Below the pieces are notes generated by a model that had not been told where the DNA came from, did no database searches, and worked only from the letters and a program-made list of their open reading frames with translations. From assembly GCA_022560555.1 (NCBI GenBank), contig JADFSZ010000054.1, forward strand, positions 1-9,454: a DNA stretch of 9,454 nt, read 5' to 3'. The number at the start of each line of letters is the position of its first letter. Position 1 is the first letter of the stretch. Source of the stretch: PVC group bacterium (GTDB lineage: Bacteria; GCA-001730085; JADFSZ01). The position numbers were made by a program, and so were the translations under genes. Shown in pieces: positions 4,915-9,454 of the stretch.

Positions 4915-6657
4915 TTGAGGGGCAAATTTTTCGCCAGGAATTTCAAAAAGAATATTAAAGTGACAAAAAAAAGTAAATCAAAACAAGAGGATATTAAGCA
5001 AGACAGCCAATCGTTTGAGCAGAAAGTCAAATGGCTGGAGACGCTCTATCATGTGACACATGAGGTTGTGGGATCTCTCTCCCTGGAAAAATGTTTAAAA
5101 ACAATTGTCCACGAAACAAAAAAAATCCTCAAAATTAAACGAGTGTCGCTTCTCCTGATCGATCAGGAGAAAAAACATTTAAGAATAAAAGTCGCGGCAG
5201 GTATCGATCCCTCTGTTATCCGCAAAACAATTGTCAAAATGGGCGAAGGAATATCCGGATGGGTGGCTTTTCATAAAAAACCCATTTTTGTCGATGATAT
5301 TACCCAAGAAAACCATTTTTCTTCCTCAGGGTTTTCAGGCTACGATACAAAATCTTTTATAAGCGTTCCTCTTATGTTTCAGGAAGAATGTATCGGGGTT
5401 CTGAACGTCAACAACAAAATATCGGGGGAGCCCTTCTATGAAGATGATTTCCTTTTGTTAAAAGCCTTCGCTAATGAAGCCTCCATGGCCATCAAAAATG
5501 CGCGATTATACACGGAACTAAAAGAAGCTAACCAGCGGCTTAAGGAGATGGACGCGTTAAAATCCAATTTTGTCGCGTGCGTGTCCCATGAGCTGAGAAC
5601 ACCCCTCGCGAGCATGCGCTATCTTATCGCCGCTGTTCTTGACGATAAAAAATCCGCCATGCCCGAGGAGCAAAGAGAGTATTGCATGTTGGTCGAAGAA
5701 AACCTGGAGCGCCTGACACGGCTTGTCAACGATATCCTGGATATGTCTAAGATTGAAGCCAAGAAACTCACGCTTGATCGAAGACTTTTATTGATGAGCG
5801 ACATTGTTAAAAATATCAAGATATCGTTTGAAGGTTTAGCCGAGAAAAAGGGGATTACATTAAAGACTCATATGCAAAAACGGAACATATATGCTTATGC
5901 GGACCAGGACAAAATTTCGCAAATATTATATAACCTTTTAAATAATGCCCTCAAATTTACACCGAACAAAGGACGTGTGGATATTAAGCTTCGCTATGAA
6001 ACCCGTGTTAACCAAACGATGATTCGCGTGTCCGTATCGGATACGGGCCCGGGTATTCCCGATGATGAAAAAAAACGTGTTTTTGACCAATTCTATCAAT
6101 ACCAGAAAGGCACATCCGGGACCTCCGGCGGGACAGGATTGGGTTTGACCATCACAAAAGAATTGATTGAGCTCCACGAAGGGATATTGGAAGTCAAAGA
6201 TAATCTTTTCGGCCCCGGCGCGGTTTTTGAATTTGTCATTCCCGCATGTGACTCGACAAAATACCTTAAAGAGTTCCTCCCTCATGAAGTTCGTCACGCT
6301 CCGCCGGCCGGATTTGCCATATCCATGATTATTCTTCGGTTTCAATTTCCCAAAAACGCCGGCTTGAAAGTTAAAGATAAAATCTTACAGGATACTCAAA
6401 ATATCCTGGGGAAATATGCCGAGGCACGGGACATGGTTTTTGAGGAAGACAATAAACTTTTGGGAATCTATTACGGCATTAATCCGGAAAAGGCAAAAAA
6501 GAACAAGATCAAAATAGAAAACAATGTTCAAGCGCTTTTGATGGATTGCCAAAAGAACGGTTCTATCAAATTTCAAATAAAAAGATATTCCTACACCAAA
6601 AATATATCAGCCTTCAAAACCTTTATCACTCAAGTAAACGAAGAGTGGCAATCTTGA
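4915..6657 (+). CDS. Soluble GAF-domain sensor histidine kinase with an unassigned C-terminal module of about 135 aa
   Basis: 580 aa with no obvious TM segment. GAF-like region at about residues 40-195 (SFISVPLMFQEECIGVLNVNN). H-box SHELRTPL (His225, nt 5587-5589). N box NLLNNALKFT, G1 DTGPGI, G2 GTGLGL. The start is uncertain: TTG 4915 (ORF track) or GTG 4960. There is no in-frame ATG before codon 109 and no clear SD. Confidence 0.85.
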   Translation: MRGKFFARNFKKNIKVTKKSKSKQEDIKQDSQSFEQKVKWLETLYHVTHEVVGSLSLEKCLKTIVHETKKILKIKRVSLLLIDQEKKHLRIKVAAGIDPSVIRKTIVKMGEGISGWVAFHKKPIFVDDITQENHFSSSGFSGYDTKSFISVPLMFQEECIGVLNVNNKISGEPFYEDDFLLLKAFANEASMAIKNARLYTELKEANQRLKEMDALKSNFVACVSHELRTPLASMRYLIAAVLDDKKSAMPEEQREYCMLVEENLERLTRLVNDILDMSKIEAKKLTLDRRLLLMSDIVKNIKISFEGLAEKKGITLKTHMQKRNIYAYADQDKISQILYNLLNNALKFTPNKGRVDIKLRYETRVNQTMIRVSVSDTGPGIPDDEKKRVFDQFYQYQKGTSGTSGGTGLGLTITKELIELHEGILEVKDNLFGPGAVFEFVIPACDSTKYLKEFLPHEVRHAPPAGFAISMIILRFQFPKNAGLKVKDKILQDTQNILGKYAEARDMVFEEDNKLLGIYYGINPEKAKKNKIKIENNVQALLMDCQKNGSIKFQIKRYSYTKNISAFKTFITQVNEEWQS

Positions 6658-6675
6658 GGCAAAAGGGAAAATCCC

Positions 6676-7050
6676 ATGCCGAAAAACATATTACTCATTG
6701 AAGATGAAGAGAGTTTCGCGAAAAGCCTAACGATTTTTTTAGAGGGAAAAGGCTATTCTATCAGCTGGATCTCAGACGGGGAAAACGGTCTTAAACACGC
6801 GCAATCGGATTCTCCTGATTTGATTATCCTGGACGTGATGCTTCCCAAGATGGATGGATTTAAGATTTGCCGGTATCTCAAATTTGACGCGCGTTACAAA
6901 AAGATACCTATCTTGATGCTGACGGCCCGCGCGGAAAAATCGGATTTTGCTCTCGGAAAAGATATGGGTGCGGACGCGTATATGATCAAAACGGCAAAAC
7001 CTTCTTTGGTTTTGGAAAAAGTCCGGGAGTTGCTCGGAGAAAATAGCTGA
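6676..7050 (+). CDS. Stand-alone response-regulator receiver (CheY-like, no output domain)
   Basis: 124 aa. Acidic pocket E9-D10, phospho-acceptor D53 in LIILDVMLP, T in LMLTA, K in the YMIKTAKP region. There is no DNA-binding or other C-terminal domain. The stop lies 1 nt before the pilB ATG. Confidence 0.87.
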   Translation: MPKNILLIEDEESFAKSLTIFLEGKGYSISWISDGENGLKHAQSDSPDLIILDVMLPKMDGFKICRYLKFDARYKKIPILMLTARAEKSDFALGKDMGADAYMIKTAKPSLVLEKVRELLGENS

Positions 7051-7051
7051 T

Positions 7052-8752
7052 ATGAAGACAGCCCGCCATAAAGCTCTGCTCAATTATCTTAAAGATCATA
7101 AAATCCTGCCGGAAGAAAAAATTCAGGAATTGGTCAAAGCGACCGAAATTGAACAAACATCCATGGAAGTCTTGCTGGTCAAAAAAGGGTATTTAACGGA
7201 AGAGACTCTATATTCCATCTTGGCGGATATCAATAAAGTCCCTTATGTTGATTTGGCAAACTATCGCATTGACCGCGATATCCTAGAACTTATTCCCTAT
7301 GAATTAGCCCGCAAACACCATGTCATTCCTTTGTTTAAGATTCAAAACGTTTTAACGGTGGCGATGACGGATCCGGCGGACATTGTTATCATTGATATTT
7401 TGAGAGAACGTACAAGTTGTGATATTGATCCGTGTGTCAGTTCCCCCAAACTAATCTCGAAGGCCATCCAGGAGTACTACCAAAGCCGACAAACGATCAA
7501 TCACCTCATAGGAACGTTAGATAAGGAAATGACCGGTGTGGATCAAATTGTTAAAACGGATGAGACCGAAACCGTTCAACTTGCAGATGAAGCCCCCATT
7601 GTCAAACTTGTGAATATGACCGTGACCCAAGCTGTTCAAGAGGGAGCCAGTGATATCCATTTTGAACCCGATAAAGAATTTTTACGGGTTAGATTCCGTA
7701 TCGGAGGCATTATGCGTGAAGCGGCGACTCCTCCCAAACATCTGCAGTCGCCTATTCTTACGCGTCTTAAAGTTATGTCAGATATGGATATTTCCGAAAC
7801 ACGTGTGCCTCAGGACGGACGCTTTCATATCGAGGTTGATCATCGCCAGATTGATATTCGTGTGTCAAGCGTTCCGACCACGTATGGTGAAAACATAGTT
7901 CTCCGTTTATTAGATGTGAGCGGGGTGATGATAGGATTGGAAGGGTTGGGGTTCCGCAAAAATATTTTGAAAAGATTCGAAAAAGCGATCCGTATGCCTC
8001 ATGGGATTATCCTTGTTACGGGTCCGACAGGATGCGGGAAAACAACAACCCTGTATGCCGCACTACAAACTATCAATTCCAAGGATAAAAATATTGTAAC
8101 CATTGAAGATCCCGTGGAGTACCGTCTCGAGCTTATTCGGCAGATCCAGGTTCATCCTAAAGCCGGGTTGACATTTGCCACAGGATTGCGCTCCATCATG
8201 CGTCAGGACCCGGATATTATTATGGTGGGAGAAATTCGGGACGTGGAAACAGCTCGCCTGGCCATTCAAGCGGCGCTGACGGGGCATTTGGTTTTTTCTA
8301 CCCTCCACACGAATGATGCCCCAAGCGCGGTGATCCGTCTGAAAGACATGGGCATTGAGCCCTTTCTCATCGCGTCCACGGTTCGCAGCATTCTTGGCCA
8401 GCGTCTTGTGAGAAAATTGTGCGAACATTGCAAGGAAGCGTATACCCCCAATCCGGAACTCGTGAACTCTCTGGGGATCACTCCGGGGGACGATCTCGTT
8501 TTTTATAGAGAAAAGGGGTGTGAGTTCTGTCATCAATCCGGATATCAGGGGCGCATCGGATTGTTTGAATTGATGAGTGTCTCCCAGGAAATACAAGATC
8601 TCATTGTTCGAGATACTTCGGCTCAAGACATTAAAAAATGGGCGCAATCGCGCGCCTACGAGGATATCAAACAAGACGGGATACAAAAAGTTTGCCAAGG
8701 GCTCACATCTTTGTCTGAAATCTACCGGGTCACGGAAGAAGAGGCGGTATAA
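7052..8752 (+). CDS. pilB: Type IV pilus assembly (extension) ATPase PilB / GspE family
   Basis: 566 aa. N-terminal T2SSE_N-like domain, Walker A GPTGCGKTTT, Asp box VTIEDPVEY, Walker B DIIMVGEIRD, His box TGHLVFSTLHTN, and the tetracysteine motif CEHC...CEFC. Confidence 0.9.
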   Translation: MKTARHKALLNYLKDHKILPEEKIQELVKATEIEQTSMEVLLVKKGYLTEETLYSILADINKVPYVDLANYRIDRDILELIPYELARKHHVIPLFKIQNVLTVAMTDPADIVIIDILRERTSCDIDPCVSSPKLISKAIQEYYQSRQTINHLIGTLDKEMTGVDQIVKTDETETVQLADEAPIVKLVNMTVTQAVQEGASDIHFEPDKEFLRVRFRIGGIMREAATPPKHLQSPILTRLKVMSDMDISETRVPQDGRFHIEVDHRQIDIRVSSVPTTYGENIVLRLLDVSGVMIGLEGLGFRKNILKRFEKAIRMPHGIILVTGPTGCGKTTTLYAALQTINSKDKNIVTIEDPVEYRLELIRQIQVHPKAGLTFATGLRSIMRQDPDIIMVGEIRDVETARLAIQAALTGHLVFSTLHTNDAPSAVIRLKDMGIEPFLIASTVRSILGQRLVRKLCEHCKEAYTPNPELVNSLGITPGDDLVFYREKGCEFCHQSGYQGRIGLFELMSVSQEIQDLIVRDTSAQDIKKWAQSRAYEDIKQDGIQKVCQGLTSLSEIYRVTEEEAV

Positions 8753-8767
8753 AAAGAGTGAAATTTT

Positions 8768-9205
8768 ATGGTTAAAAATCACGCGAAAAATCGTAACGAA
8801 ACACGGATGCATCCGCGGGTTGATGTGCGGATACCGGTGATCTTCCAGATTGACGAGTCATCAAAATCGAGCATTCACATTGTTGACGAAAGTTTTATTC
8901 ATGGGGAACTTATGGACATCAGTGTCAATGGGGCCGGCTTTTTTATTCCGATTTTTATCCCGAAAGGCATCCGGATTGTGCTGCAAATTCAAGCGGTGCC
9001 TTTTTATAGCGATCGGGAGGGGCCTAACGAATATATCCGGACGACGGCGAAAGTCATATATTCCCGGCTGGATGTTCAAGACACCCAGAGTCCGAGAACA
9101 GAAGAACGATTCATAAGACGGTATCGGACGGGTGTGGAATATCTAAAAATTGATTCTTCGGATCAAAATGCCATTCAGATCTATACAGAAAAAAACAAAA
9201 GTTAA
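8768..9205 (+). CDS. PilZ-domain protein (predicted c-di-GMP receptor)
   Basis: 145 aa. RxxxR motif R13-MHP-R17 (nt 8804-8818) and DxSxxG motif D50-I-S-V-N-G55 (nt 8915-8932), with spacing typical of canonical PilZ domains. Confidence 0.8.
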   Translation: MVKNHAKNRNETRMHPRVDVRIPVIFQIDESSKSSIHIVDESFIHGELMDISVNGAGFFIPIFIPKGIRIVLQIQAVPFYSDREGPNEYIRTTAKVIYSRLDVQDTQSPRTEERFIRRYRTGVEYLKIDSSDQNAIQIYTEKNKS

Positions 9206-9214
9206 CCGGATATT

Positions 9215-9454
9215 ATGCCTGTTTTTGAGTATACAGCACGTGATTCAGACGGCAAGAAAATTGTTGGGATAATTGAAGCGGTCGACCGCCAGCGTGTACT
9301 GTCCTATGTGGATGGATTAGGCTTGCTTCCCATTGATGTGCGCAGCAAAAAAACCCCATTTTGGAAGAAATGGTTAAAGGTTTCGTTCGGACGAGTTAAA
9401 AAGCCCCACCTGGTATTTTTCAGCCGGCAATTGTCGACACTTATTAAAGCCGGG
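9215..9454 (+). CDS. pilC: Type IV pilus platform protein PilC/GspF, 5' partial (runs off the window)
   Basis: This ORF is not in the track because it is open-ended. My translation from ATG 9215 gives MPVFEYTARDSDGKKIVGIIEAVDRQRVLSYVDGLGLLPIDV...LVFFSRQLSTLIKAG. That is the characteristic PilC/GspF N-terminus (FxYxAxxxxGxxxxGxxxA ... FxRQLxxLxxAG). 80 codons with no stop. Confidence 0.8.
   Translation, partial: MPVFEYTARDSDGKKIVGIIEAVDRQRVLSYVDGLGLLPIDVRSKKTPFWKKWLKVSFGRVKKPHLVFFSRQLSTLIKAG

Noticed and set aside
4965-4972. An A8 homopolymer in the 5' end of the kinase ORF (and similar A7-A8 runs elsewhere), considered as phase-variation tracts
   Set aside because: Such runs are common in AT-rich, lysine-rich coding sequence. 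Length variation cannot be assessed from a single sequence.
5938-6345. A 135-aa minus-strand ORF
   Set aside because: It is antisense to the HATPase region of the histidine kinase, with no motifs and no RBS context. It is a shadow ORF.
8063-8812. A 249-aa ORF on the minus strand
   Set aside because: It lies almost entirely antisense to the strongly supported pilB and the PilZ start. Its sequence has no recognisable motifs. It is most likely a stop-free shadow frame.

Overview
All supported genes are on the + strand. The DNA looks moderately AT-rich by eye, and I cannot assign a taxon. (1) 1-1217 is an ORF-free leader. It carries six mismatch-free copies of the canonical chromosomal centromere site parS (TGTTTCACGTGAAACA), spaced about 160-220 bp apart. 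The last copy sits inside a 42-bp perfect palindrome just upstream of a consensus TTGACA-16-TATAAT promoter. (2) 1218-3010 encodes parA and parB. ParA is Soj-type but has a 42-aa C-terminal tail that contains a copy of the ParB N-terminal KKALGRGL-type motif. ParB has the HTH and the GERRYRA CTP-binding motif. (3) 3224-9454 is a tightly packed, probably co-transcribed cluster: a left-handed beta-helix sugar N-acetyltransferase, pilT, a soluble GAF histidine kinase with an unassigned C-terminal module of about 135 aa, a stand-alone receiver, pilB, a canonical PilZ protein, and the 5' end of pilC. The most unusual points are the dense upstream parS array, whose flanks suggest three copies of a two-site unit of about 380 bp, the ParB-mimic tail on ParA, and the phosphorelay plus c-di-GMP components placed between the pilus retraction and extension ATPases. 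Everything here comes from reading the sequence and the ORF translations by eye. No database search, HMM or statistical test was run, so domain and family calls rest on motif recognition.
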